64,000 bases of DNA, from assembly GCA_052327205.1 (NCBI GenBank), contig CM126234.1:28520001-28584000 (forward strand). The letters are read 5' to 3'. Position numbers and translations under genes: made by a program. The notes below the pieces were generated by a model. It was given only the letters and a program-made list of their open reading frames with translations. It was not told where the DNA came from and ran no database searches. Numbering within the stretch: position 1 is the first letter of the stretch; the number at the start of each line of letters is the position of its first letter. This document shows positions 38,211 to 50,347 of the stretch, in pieces. Source of the DNA: Somniosus microcephalus. Lineage: Eukaryota.

Positions 38211-40894
38211 AATCACCTTTTAGACAGCTACTGAGACTTTTTCAGTTTCTATTCAATTACAATGGACGTACACAAAATAAAGCCTATTTTCTGAAATTGC
38301 CATTTATATTCAGAAGCATCAGCTCAACACTGGTCTCCACAAAACAATTACATAACCCAGGCTACAAGAAACCTTTACTGATTATTTTTACATCAGTACT
38401 ACTAAAATTATTCATTAAAATAAATGGCACTCATCTTGCTCGCAACAGTGCAAAGTGACGTTAGCCTGATCACAATGGTACTTGAATAGGACAGGCACAG
38501 GACTTGCATGTACACTTGCGCGCTCATTATTTTCAATTAGGGAAGACAGACCCAGTACAAGCCAACAGCTCAAACTAATCTCCTGAATAAGCCTCCTTCC
38601 CCCAATAAATTCAAAATATTCACAAAGCATTTCCCTCACTAGTCATTCATCAGGATGAGTTACACAACTGTGAATGGAATTATAATATTTTAGGATCTCG
38701 GGTGGATTGCAGGAAGACGTCGAGTAATTGTATCCCAAAATTACTTTCCGGTCAAGAAATAATTTAATAAAGCGAAGCACATAATAAAGTAACATTGAAA
38801 ACCCCTTGCAAGATTCTCTGATCATTTGCACAAGCATTGTACGTTCAACCCCATTGGCTGTGAAGCGCTGTAGGACGTCCTGAGGCAGTAAAAGGCGCTA
38901 TATAATTAACATAAGTTCTCTCTTAATATAAAAGGAGGGGACTTTCCAGTCCCCAAGGTGGAAGAAGTTATGCGCTGCTGAATTCAAAGAAGTTTTTGTT
39001 TTAACCGAAATAAAAGATGGGTTTTCCATCATTCTGCGCATTATTAACAACTCCCCATCCACATTAAATATTCAATATTCAGGATCAAGGTAGCCCTTAG
39101 GCTCGAGGCTGAAATGCACTTTTACTTAATTAAAAAAAAATAAAGCATGTATTTGCAACCCAGTTGATTTTATCTTGTGAATTGCTAGCCAGCATGGCTG
39201 CGTTAGGTAAAGTCAGACTTTTTTTTTATTTTTTAAATAGGGGATTTTTTCCCCCCCTCTCTCGGCATCTGTTTCAACAGAAAATGCGGCACCTGCTCGA
39301 TTGGCAAGAATGAAAATACCACAGTGATCTCTATTTGAGAACTGCAAAACACAACCAACTAGCACAAATGATTTCAGTTAGCGCCCGAGGGCATGTTTAC
39401 GTCACGGAACCTTGTAAAAAGATTCCAACTGGAAAATGTTCTTTAGGTAGTTTTCTCGCTTTAAAAAACAGTTACATACAATAACTAAACTGTGTGTCTG
39501 CACTTAGAGCAAAATATTTGGAAGAACAGCCACTTAGCCATCAAGCTGTTCTTTCAACAGATCACATATTAATTGGTATTCTTATAGATTCTACTTCATT
39601 TCCCTGGGGAAATGGGAAACCACAGATAAGAGTTTCCAAGATAAAACACATATCTCCTGGATTGTCAATGGTAATCTTGCAAAACTCCAGGATATCAAAC
39701 CAACATTACAACCCGCACCACTCAATTCTAGCTAGTTGCATTTCACGAGGATATTTCCATGGTGCTAGCAGTACAAGAACCATTATGTTCCATCCAGTAA
39801 TTACCCAGCTCATTTTGCTCATATCCTGATAACCCTTCAGTCTAGTTCTTAACTAGATATTTAACCAAGCTCTTTTACAGTGAATACATACTATTAACTG
39901 CCTTTGCCAAGTCTACTCCACTTATCTACGACTCTACATGGGGGAAAAACTTCTCATCTATAGCTTTGCTCGAGACTCAGTTTTATGTTCAAAACTTTGA
40001 GTTTTGCATTTACAGGTTTTCAAGACCCAAGCTTTGGGGGGGTCACCTAACCGCTTCATACCAATCTAGCTCGCCTTCTCTCCTGCAAGCATCGGTGATT
40101 ATTGAGTCATGTCCCCTGCAAGATGAGATGACCACTGATTTCCCCCACCCCACAACCAAATATGCGCTGAAGGCAACAGCTCTTGCTGGGGTATAGTTAC
40201 AGAAGTGTTGGCATGTGTGAGCTACAATGCTGAACATCAGCAGGCGACTTGACCATGACCATGGACAGTGTCGCAGCCAAGCCGGATTCTGTCCTCACTT
40301 GGCATGCATACATATGCAATTTCCAGTAAGGGGGGGGGGGTCACTGGATAACGATAGGAGCAGGAACTCGGAGCAATTTGCCCCTCCCTATCCCGAGGAA
40401 GCGGAGGTCAATTGGAGACACGCTGACAGAGATCAGCTATAACACCGCCACCCAGGAATCAAAACTGGCATCTTCCTGATCTGTATGGATCAGTAGCAAA
40501 CAAGTCAGTGCATATACCCACAGAACCATCAGAGAGCCTCAAACAGATGACCTTTAAGAGAACACTACTAAAGAAGCATACTGCAATTAACGGCATGTCA
40601 TACATTTTCTTCAATTTTAAAAAAAATCTCAAATACGCCCTGGTTACATTGATTTTTTTAAAATAACCTTTGCAGCAAGCTATGGTCACAGAACAGAAGT
40701 GGAGACCTAGAGTAAGCTGATTCCTGCACCTTACCCCTCCCCTAAACATAATTCCATTGTCCTCAAAGTCTATTTACTCAATTTCTTCTTTAATCTTTGA
40801 AACAGCTGTTGTGCAAGAGACGGTTAAGATATTTTAAAAAAAAATAAAAGTTCACTTTTCTCTCCATGCTCCTTGCAAGATTCCACCCACCAAC

Positions 40895-41062
40895 CTGCAT
40901 GTGTTCGGAGGTGTCCGCTGAGTGCATCCCTTCTCCGACAGGCATAATTACAGAACGGACATTTAAACGGCTTCTCCCCAGAGTGTAATTTGATGTGCCG
41001 CAGGAGGTTTCCCTTCTGTGTGAACGAGGCTCCACACTGGTTACAATGGAAGGGGCGTTCAC
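40895..41062 (-). CDS. IKZF4: IKZF4/Eos coding exon (168 nt) with zinc fingers 2 and 3 ([56 protein letters not shown])
   Basis: Acceptor tcttcctcag|GT, donor GCAG|gttggt. Translated by hand (the ORF track shows another frame). Near-invariant Ikaros-family ZF2-ZF3. Confidence 0.97.
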
Positions 41063-41314
41063 CTGAGGAAGAAAGATAGGCAGAAAGGTCAAAGCGCGAG
41101 GAAGAGAAAAAAAAAAATAGACTTTAAAAAAAAAAATCAGCTTTTCGACATAACATCTTTGTGTTCATTAAGATGAAGGATGACCATGCTGGAAAACAAA
41201 GGATTTTCCAATTTCTGGAATTCAAAGTGATGTACAGGTCATACTTCATTTGGAACGCAACTGACGGTTTGAAACTTGTTCATTTGAACAAGTAACGATA
41301 GTAAACAAAATAAA

Positions 41315-41750
41315 TCATTTGCATTCATATAATGCTTTATGATGTCGCTCAGGACATTCCAAAGCGCTTCACATACAATGAATTGCTTTGAAGTACAGAC
41401 ACGTGTAGGCGAATGCAGCCATTTTACGCACAGCAAGGACCCCCAAACAGTAAATGAGATGAATGACCAGTTAATATTTTTGGCGGTGTCGAGGAACAGA
41501 AGTTAGCCAGGACGCTTGGTAAACTCCCTGCTCTTCTTTAAATAGTGCCACTGGATTCAACATCCACCTGTACCACTGGAATAGGCAGATGGAGCCTTGG
41601 TTTATTGTCTCAACCAATAAACCGCACCTCTGACTATGCAGCACCCGCTTTGTGCTGCAGCCTAGATTTTGTGCTCAAGTCCTGGAATGGGTTCAAATCC
41701 AGAACCTGCTGAGGCACGAATTCTGCCAAACAGAGCCAGGCTGACACTGT
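41315..41750 (-). mobile_element. Deu-domain SINE (SacSINE/AmnSINE-like), approximate
   Basis: Reverse complement resembles the copies at 49700-50060 and 51850-52170 (gacttgagcac...tgcatagtcagaggtg...aaaccaaggctcc) with an L2-like tail. Confidence 0.6.
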
Positions 41751-43086
41751 ATCAAAAAAAAAGTGAAGGTGTTTGAATCTGACACACTACCAACCCCAAC
41801 CTTCAGACCGCCCATCGGTCAAAATTGGTTATCGTATAGATCGCCAAATTTAAAATTGCTTTGGAAGGATCCAATAAGTCTATTACCAATATGATTAGCT
41901 GCGTACTCAGTTTAGTGTCATGCTGAATAGTTGATCAGGTTGTCAAGCCTAACCTGGAAGAAGCTACCAGGATGACCCATCTCAGATACAGTATGGTCCT
42001 AGCAGCATTTACTAAATGTACTAAATACAACAGAAAACAGACAAAAGGTATCATAATTACTATTTGAGCATTCAAGATCTTAAGGGTTTGAGCACCAGCA
42101 TCAGGTATCCTGACCTGCAAAGATATGATTACGAATCCACGAGCTGCTCAATTCTAGCCAGTTCAAGTTGCAGTTAGATGTGCCCAGAAAAAAGAACCAG
42201 AGGAAAAATTAGCAAGTAAGAAAACAAAAAGGAGAGAGAAAAAAAAAATCTAACCCTCTTGAGCACTGAAAGGCCCTCTCCGCTTTCTTGCCACACATCG
42301 GTCAAAAATTAATAGAAATCAAATTTCATTAAACATACATTCTGTAAACACAGCATTCTGGTAATAAGCAAACAAACCATTGTAATTGTTTCTAATAAAT
42401 GTTGTGCTCTTGCTGAGGGACATCAATACTGGGAAAAGGATTTTTTATTTTTTTGAAATTTTTTATTTTTTATAAAAAGACTTGTATCTGCCACCCCCAG
42501 GTCTGATATAGCGCAGGTCTGCTGCAGGATAAAGCTCGCTCTGCCTCAATGCACTTTAACTCCAACCGTAGGAGAACCACCCCAGCTGCATCAGTGCAAT
42601 ATTTCCATTTCCCACGCGAGCCATCCATGGGGCTTCACTGAATTTAGTGGTAACTTAGCGCCGTGGGACTCACTTGAAGCTAAATTGTGCCCAAGCTGGT
42701 TACATTTTTGATTTTGCACAGATATGTTGCTGTAGTCCTCAAATGGATTGAGAGGAGAAGAAAAAAAAAGTGCAAATGGCAAATGCAAAAGCAGAACCCC
42801 AAAAAAAAGATGCTCCAAGAATATTTGCTAAATGTTTTTGAAGGACTCCTCAAATATATGCAAGCTGAGCTCTATAGTCCTCAAAATGTTCAGCTGCCAG
42901 AGTGGTGTGGACACGACAGTTCCATTTGTCTGCTCCTTTAACCGGAGGCTCCCAGGGACAGAAATAACTGGCCAAACTTCACGGGCAAATAAATCACAAG
43001 TGAGTTCAAACAACTGCCACCACAGATAGAGACTTTAAGCCCCACTACATGCCACTCCATTTCCTTACTTGTGTAAACATACTTAC

Positions 43087-43347
43087 CAGTGTGGCTCCTC
43101 TTATGTACCATAAGAACATTCGGTCCGATGCAGACCATTCCGCATAGATCACACTTCAGTTTTCCATTAGGAAGGCGAATCCCTCCAGGAGAATGAGGTC
43201 CCTGCCCCGTGCCCTCACAGAATCCTAGCGGGTCCGACAAAGACTCATCCGCAATGACTGCTTCATCTTTATCACTAGCGCCATCCTCCTGTGCCAGAAG
43301 CCTCCCTGCCTCTTCATCGCTGTACATCTCAACCTTGATGGAGTTGG
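43087..43347 (-). CDS. IKZF4: IKZF4/Eos coding exon (261 nt) with zinc finger 1 ([13 protein letters not shown]...[33 protein letters not shown])
   Basis: Acceptor atttgcag|CC, donor ACTG|gtaagt, phase 1-1. Contained in ORF 42938..43327. Canonical Ikaros-family ZF1. Confidence 0.97.
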
Positions 43348-44156
43348 CTGCAAATGAACATCAGAAATGTCAGATGGAGCCATAAGACGACAGGGCTAGA
43401 CACCAGGTACGGGCGCTGTTCAAGACGGGCCAGCTGGCAACTAGTGTGCAGCAACCAAATTTTGTGAACCCTCATGGAGTACCCTTAGCCAAACATTTGT
43501 AAGTTTGAAGCAAGAGAGGAGCCAGCATTAGAGGACCTGTGCCAAACCTCAACTGGGAGATTATTGCGTACAGAAAAGGTGGGGGGGGGGGGGGGGGAAT
43601 CCAATTCTACAGCACTGTTGTCCTTCAGCTTATGAGCACACAATGAACATACATATATAAATAAAAACACAAGCACACAAAAACACACACACGCCATTTT
43701 ATTCATCCATGTAACTGCAAATAAGTAATTCTTCGGCAACATTTGATGATACGATAGCAGAGCTAGAAGACGTCTCCCTAGAATGAAGCAATAATTGGGA
43801 TAAAAGGGAGGTGAAAGCTCCACTCAAAGAACACAGTTTGGAAATAGACAGAATTGGACTCTTAAGTAATGAACAAGAACTATCAAAGGTAAATGATAGG
43901 ATGATAATGACTTGGAGTAGCAGACAAAAAAAAACTGTGGCATGGCTAAGGCAGCAGAAGCATTTGGAAAGGAAGAGAGCACTCGCTGAGATAAAGAGAA
44001 GACTTGGTATAAGTGACAGGACAAAGAAAAATATACACTACAGTTAAAATGGAGCCTCCTGTAACCACTGTGAAACAACCCACCCAACAGCTTACCAGTG
44101 AACACGGAGCATGAATTTTTCCACAACCACAATCGATAATGAGTGAATGTAACAGG

Positions 44157-44404
44157 TAGGGTTGCAAAGGGGTGGAAAGTTTCCGGTAAATTTCCGGACA
44201 TTTTCCACGGGAAGTTTAGCTTGGGAATTTTGCCCAAAAAAGCACATGCTAGCATAATATTGTTTTTTTTGTATTTCTTTCTTTTTTTTTTTTCCCCACA
44301 GGTCCTCTCTTAAAATTACTAACAGAGATGGAATCTTAATTATTAAGGAATTTCTTAATCAATATATGTTTATCTTCTTACTTGGCTTGTTTTAATAATT
44401 ACAA
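44157..44404 (+). mobile_element. Isolated left end (248 bp) of the same hAT family
   Basis: tagggttgcaaaggggtggaaagtttccgg...tttaataattacaa aligns to 30871-31091; preceded by the 8-mer gtaacagg (44149-44156). Confidence 0.95.
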
Positions 44405-44637
44405 AACTATAAATAGTACTGTACTGAAAATGTAGAAATTAGACAAAATACTTTGAACGCTGGAAGGTAGCAAACCTTGTGTGACTCTCCTCTCCCTTTT
44501 AAATTACATTACCTGTTACTAACAGGTAATGTAATTTAAAAGGGAGAGGAGAGTCACACAAGGTTTGCTACCTTCCAGCGTTCAAAGTATTTTGTCTAAT
44601 TTCTACATTTTCAGTACAGTACTATTTATAGTTTTGT
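44401..44637. repeat. Perfect palindrome: 118-bp arms, single-base centre (C44519)
   Basis: 44401-44518 is the exact reverse complement of 44520-44637, checked base by base. Confidence 0.98.
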
Positions 44638-45104
44638 GCTGGCCAAAGTAATACACATCAGTGCTGGAAAATGAAACACTTTTCTACTTTTGTTACCCGT
44701 GTCGGCATCCAGCACTCACGTCGTATACAGTATAGACAAATGCAATTTTACGGTCCCTGTATGCTGCCCCAAATAAGCACCAAGGTGAAATGTCCATACA
44801 GCCAAGTCTGTTCGCAGAGTTGGGAGCACTTTTGTGCTACGGACCTATCCCTTCCAGGAAATGGTCGACACTGTTCAAAACCATTTCATGCAGGAGAGAC
44901 ATTCACTCCTGCAGTTTGGACTGTGTGGAAATCCAGATCCTAGAGGTGACAGTAACAAGCCATCTACAAGTGCTATTCGAGACATAAGCCATTAGAATAA
45001 TCCAAAAGTCTGGAAGTACACCATTAAAGATCAAATTGTTCAGGAGAACTAGGCTCCCCCACAGTTGCCATCCATCAATTTTTTTTCCTCTCTCCCACAC
45101 GGTA

Positions 45105-45468
45105 GCTGTCTTTCATTCTGCCAGTGCCATTTACACTTCATCTAGAGCCATCCTTTGTTTCTTAACTTGTCCCATTACCATCTCCTTTTGCCTTGCACCA
45201 TCGTCCATTTTTTGTCTCTTAATCTCTCCTGCTTTCCATCCTATCACAGACCTTCCCTTTTGTTCTTTTCCCCTCCCCCCTTTCCCTGCCCCTTCACTTG
45301 CTTAAAAACCTGTTCCATCTCCAGCTTTTTCCAGTTCTGACGAAGGGTCATCGACCTGAAACGTTAACTCTGTTTCTCTCTCCACAGATGCTGCCCGACT
45401 TGCTGAGTATTTCCAGCATTGTCTGTTTTTATTTCAGATTTCCAGCATCTGCAGTATTTTGCTTTTAC
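45105..45468 (+). mobile_element. Penelope-like element terminal fragment containing a minimal hammerhead motif
   Basis: Pyrimidine-rich tract, then ttctgacgaagggtcatcgacctgaaacgttaactctgtttctctctccacagatgctgcc...ttccagcat. Related remnants near 19830, 23350 and 51226. Confidence 0.7.
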
Positions 45469-45853
45469 CATCTATCAATGTTCATCTTTCAGCCAGGAAA
45501 TTGGCCAGTTTGGACTATTGCCTTCTCCACAGCAGCCATCAATACCACTTCTATCTGGTCAGCAGAAAGCATGGTTTTGCAGAAAAGCCCCATTCCCATT
45601 TCTTTCCCACAACCAGTCACAGAACACTCATTGTGGGCATTAGAACAGTCAAGACTGGGATTGTAATTCATGCCCTCTGGATGCAAGTCCAGCAACTACT
45701 ACATAGAATCAGTCTCGAGAGTGACCACGTGATACAATCCGTGCTGTATTCTGGACCACTATAAAATTTGATAGTATAAAAAGGCTTCTTTAAACTTCAC
45801 TTTGGTAGCGAGCAGTTAACAACAAAAAAATTAAAATTAAGAGCAAGCAAAAT

Positions 45854-46283
45854 AGGCTTATACTCGCTGGAGTTTAGAAGAATGAGAGGGGATCTCATTG
45901 AAACGTATAAAATTCTAACAGGACTAGACAGACTAGATGCAGGAAGGATGTTCCCGATGGCGGGGGAGTCCAGAACCGGGGGTCACAGTCTAAGGATAAG
46001 GGGTAAGCCATTTAGGACAGAGAGGAGGAGGAATTTCTTCACCCAGAGAGTGGTGAACCTGTGGAATTCTCTACCACAGAAGGCAGCTGAGGCCAATTCA
46101 TTAAATATATTCAAGAAGGGGTTAGATATATTTCTTGAGGCTAAAGGGATCAAGGGATATGGGGAGAAAGCAGGGACAGGGTACTGAATTTGGATGATCA
46201 GCCATGAATCTCATTGAATGGCGGAGCAGGCTCGAGGGGCCGAATGGCCTACTCCTGCTCCTATCTTCTATGTTTCTATGTTT
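45854..46283 (+). mobile_element. CR1 LINE 3' fragment
   Basis: ORF 45882..46187 (MRGDLIETYKIL...LWNSLP), then 3'UTR and a ttctatgtttctatgttt tail. Confidence 0.93.
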
Positions 46284-47374
46284 CAATAACCTGGTTTTTT
46301 AAAATAAATTAACTCCGACTTGAAATTTATTTTTCCTTAAAAGATTCATTATTAGACACTACAAGCGGTGCGAGGGCCAATGGGATTACAGAGGATTACA
46401 ATTAGAACAGGGCCAAATTTGTAACAAAAACCCCCCAAAATGCAGTTTCTCAGAATTCACATCTCTTTCCATCTGCCTAGGAGAGTTTTTCGATTTAAAT
46501 TCACATATACATTCAGTTTAAAAGAAAACGGCACAACACAGCAGATTCAATCCCAAAATTAAATATCACCGTGGATGAAATGTATCCATGCAATTTGTCA
46601 TTGTATTAGAAGTCCCAAGTCATACAGGATACCAACTGACAAAAATCAACAAACCATTCCCGCAGTGCAATTCCCACAATCCTTGGCCTTTCAGTTCTAT
46701 GAATGCAAAATTAGTCCGAATAATAAAAAAAGACTGTCTACTTTGTGTATTAAAATATCCAATTCAAAAACTGTCATGGCAACCAGTGCATTTGCCATGG
46801 TAGCAGACCACTAATACTGTAATAAATGCCTGCTGAGAACCAACTGGAACTCTCCAAAATAAGGAGCAAAAAATAAATAAATAACCTGCCATTTAAAATG
46901 CAGGTCATCTTTTCCAGCTCCATTTCTTTCTACCTATTTGCTTCTTTCCCATTTTCTCCTCTTGTGAAGATGCCGGTATTGGCTGCGATATGGTTCCACA
47001 GTTGCTGGCAGTGCCTTGTTCAAGTGGCTATTCATGTGTGGGCTTTGACAGAGAGTGCTAACAGCTCATTTGATCTTTTTTTTTTTAAAAAGGCGGATTC
47101 GGGGAGAGGATGAAGGGAAGAACTAAAGGGGGGTGGGGGGTAAAATGAATATCACACCGGAGCTCACTCCTGCACTCACCATATAGGAGCGTCTGGAGCA
47201 GGAATCATGGCTGGTTTTATTCCCTGCCCAGCCCAGGAGCTCTGAGGCTCGCATGCCTACTGCCAAGTTCGCCTAATGGGGCACAGACTGGGAGTCAAAC
47301 CTGGAACCTTCGGGTTTGTGTGGCTTTGTGTTACACCAAGCTGTGTCCATATCCACTACTAAGTCAGTCATCTC

Positions 47375-47590
47375 ATAAGACCATTCGGCCCCTCGAGCCT
47401 GCTCCGCCATTCAATAAGATCACGGCTGATCTTCTACCTCAGCTCCACCTCCCCCCGTATCCCTTGGTTCCCTTAATATCCAAAAATCTCTCGATCTCGG
47501 TCTTGAATATACTCAACGACTGAGCCTCCACAGCCCTCTGGGGTAGAGAATTCCAAAGATTCACCACCCTCTGAGTGAAGAAATTTCTCT
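47375..47590 (-). mobile_element. Short CR1 3' fragment (approximate)
   Basis: ccattcggcccctcgagcctgctccgccattc...ggtagagaattcc...ctctgagtgaagaaatt. Confidence 0.8.
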
Positions 47591-48410
47591 CCCATTTTTA
47601 ATCTTTCTCACATTCCTTCCACTGCACACATCATTTTGAGGGCCAAAAGGCAACTATGTGACATGTTCCCTGGCTTTAACAATACTGCTTTTAAGACGGG
47701 AAGAACTCCAAGATCATCCTGGGGTGACTCAGCTGCCTATTTCCTTTACGCTCCCTCTTCAGAACCTTCCAACAGTACAGAACGCACTGTGCATTTGAAC
47801 CTCAAACACTCCCCCTCCCTTCATGACACAGCACATTGCTCCGCTCATACGATACTGACCAATAATTTTGCTACACGTTAGTAAATTGGAAAATATTACA
47901 GAAACTTAACTTGAAATGATCAATTTGGATTTCTGTGCTCCTCACACTTAACCATAAAAATTTAACATCTCAAACTGTACCTTGTATTTGAACTGCCTGA
48001 GCAAAGAAACCAACTTTAATTTTATACAAAACAGACTTATTGGAAAGTTTACACAGTACAGTGCACATTTTCACTGTTCTTTTTAATAAAATGAGCATAT
48101 AGACCTAGACAGCTTTCAACAAATTAGCACAGAATGTTGCTGTACTTGACACAAGGTTAGAACTCTGAAGTGGTAGAAAAAACATTCCTGCCACAATTCC
48201 GAGAGCAAGTATTAAAGGCCCCAACTTAATTGGTTTTAAAATCACAAGGTCATTACAGATGAGGAAAAACTTTCAGCCCATCTCAGCTTACCCATCCAGA
48301 ATGGCCCGAACGTGTCCTGATTATGGCATCCAATTGGGTCTTAAATTATTCTTCCCTCCACTACTGTATCCGGGATTCCATTCCACATATTCATCACTGA
48401 AGAACTTCCG

Positions 48411-48540
48411 AACATAGAAGATAGGCGCAGGAGTAGGCCATTTGGCCCCTCAAGCCCGCTCCGCCATTCAATGAGATCATGGCTGATCATCCAAATTCAG
48501 TACCCTGTCCCTGCCTTCTCCCCATATCCCTTTAGCCTTA
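48411..48540 (-). mobile_element. Short CR1 3'UTR fragment
   Basis: aacatagaagataggcgcaggagtaggccatt..., nearly identical to 35839-35975. Confidence 0.85.
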
Positions 48541-48783
48541 AACATCAGTCCTAAACTTGCCTTGTACTAGTATGAACCCGTGTCCCCTTGTCCTCTCAAT
48601 TTAATTTGATGTAATTTTCCGGTTTTTCCTTTTTCATACCGTTTACTATCGCATGTGCCTCTAAGATCACCTCTCAATAAGTCCCTCATCAAGACTGAAA
48701 AGCCCAAGTTTCTCCTTTCTTTGCTCACAAGTCAGACCACTAACCCTGGAGACCAGCCTTACAGCTCTTCTTTAAACACAATG

Positions 48784-48822
48784 GAGAGAGAGAAAAAAGA
48801 GAGAGAGAGAGAGAGAGAGAGG
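48784..48822. repeat. (GA)n microsatellite
   Basis: Interrupted GA dinucleotide run. Confidence 0.9.
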
Positions 48823-49602
48823 GAGGAAGGAATTCCATCAAGTTATACTCCATATCTGTGGTCTTAATTTAAGACTGACCAAGGCACGCCAACTAAAACT
48901 GCTTTAACAAAATTTATAGATATATATGGGCAGCCACAGAAGTCAGCTAAATTTTGCAGGGAAAAATTTGCAACCAACAAATAAAATAAACTCGCCATAT
49001 ATGGAGCAAATACTGTGACATCAAGTAACCAATGGTAATGTGCGCTTTTAAGTAAACCTTTTTAAAATAAAGAACACCATTAGTTCATATTGTATTAGTT
49101 GTATCAAATCTTGGCTGCTTTATGTCTTGATATAACAGTGTAAACTATTTCACTATAAGGTGGTCTCACCAATCTTAATTTTGTCTCAACTTATTAGGCT
49201 ATAGCCATTTGTCATTTAACTGCCTGTATGTCTTTTAAATGATCAAAAATTCCACACTTCTCTCTTTTCTTTTAGGATAGGCATTGCACATTTGCTAATT
49301 CCATGACTGGGAGGAGGGGAGCCGGGAATGGTGGCCAGAGGGTGAGTGGGAGAAGCAGGCCACCGCACGTGGAGCCGAGCCGACAACAGTGAGGAGGAGG
49401 CCGCGGTGACGAGGAGGACGGAGCGGCTGAGGGACATCGTGCTCCCACTGCCACTGGATGCCAAAGAATTGACTTTCTGAACACGGCGCTGTAAAAATAG
49501 CTGACGTGTCTCTGTGAGCTCCCACAGCTTTATTGTGGGAGTGATTGGGGAGTAAGCATTCCATTGTACTAGTTACATATGGCAAATAAAGAATCTTGAA
49601 TC

Positions 49603-50065
49603 GGGGTACGGTAGCATAGCGGTTATGTTACTGGACTAGTAATCCAGAGGCCTGGACTAATGATCCGGAGACGCAAGTTCAAATCCCACCACGGCAGCTG
49701 TGGGTTTAAGCCCGCTGCGGGACTTGAGCACACGAGCTAGGACGACACTTCAGTGCAGTACGAAGGCGCTGCTGCGCGGTCAGAGGTGATATCCTTTGGA
49801 CGAAATGTTGAACTGAAGCTCCATGTGCCTGCTCTGGTGGACATTAAAGATTCCATGTTATTGTTTGAAAAACACCAAGTTTGGCAGGTGTCCCAGTTAA
49901 CATTGCTTGCTCAACCACAACACAGATTAATTGGTCATTTGTTTCATTGCCGCTCGTCAGCTCTTGCTTTGCACAACTCGCTGCATCAGTTGCCGACAAA
50001 CAGTCACTGCACTTCAAAGTGATTCTTTGTATGTGAAGCACTTAGAGATATTTCCGAGAAACATT
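49603..50065 (+). mobile_element. tRNA-head, Deu-domain SINE (SacSINE1-like)
   Basis: Head ggggtacggtagcatagcggtt (A box)...agttcaaatccc (B box), then gacttgagcacac...cagtgcagtacgaagg...gtcagaggtg...gtggacattaaagattccatg. Confidence 0.75.
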
Positions 50066-50347
50066 ACACGATTGCAAGCCTTTTGTTTTTTTTTCTTTTT
50101 CCTTGGCTTGTATTGTTACGCTGTTGCTTGGGGTGTTCCAGAGTATGAGCATGCACTAAGCACTGTTTGGGAGCCATTTCTCCCTGAATCGGACAAGAAT
50201 TTTTAGGACAGCATCTCAAAAATGCAAGCCCCACTGGCAACCAAAGTAATGGTGAAATGGAGGCCTCGGCAAATATTAAAAACCCAATTGTTATAAAACT
50301 CTCCACGTGCAAAACGGATTTGTAGCCCTCTCCCTAAGGCTACAGTG

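Noticed and set aside
39200-39420. Possible enhancer (E-box cacctg, RUNX-like accaca, CRE-like tacgtca)
   Set aside because: Short motifs occur by chance; conservation or chromatin data would be needed.
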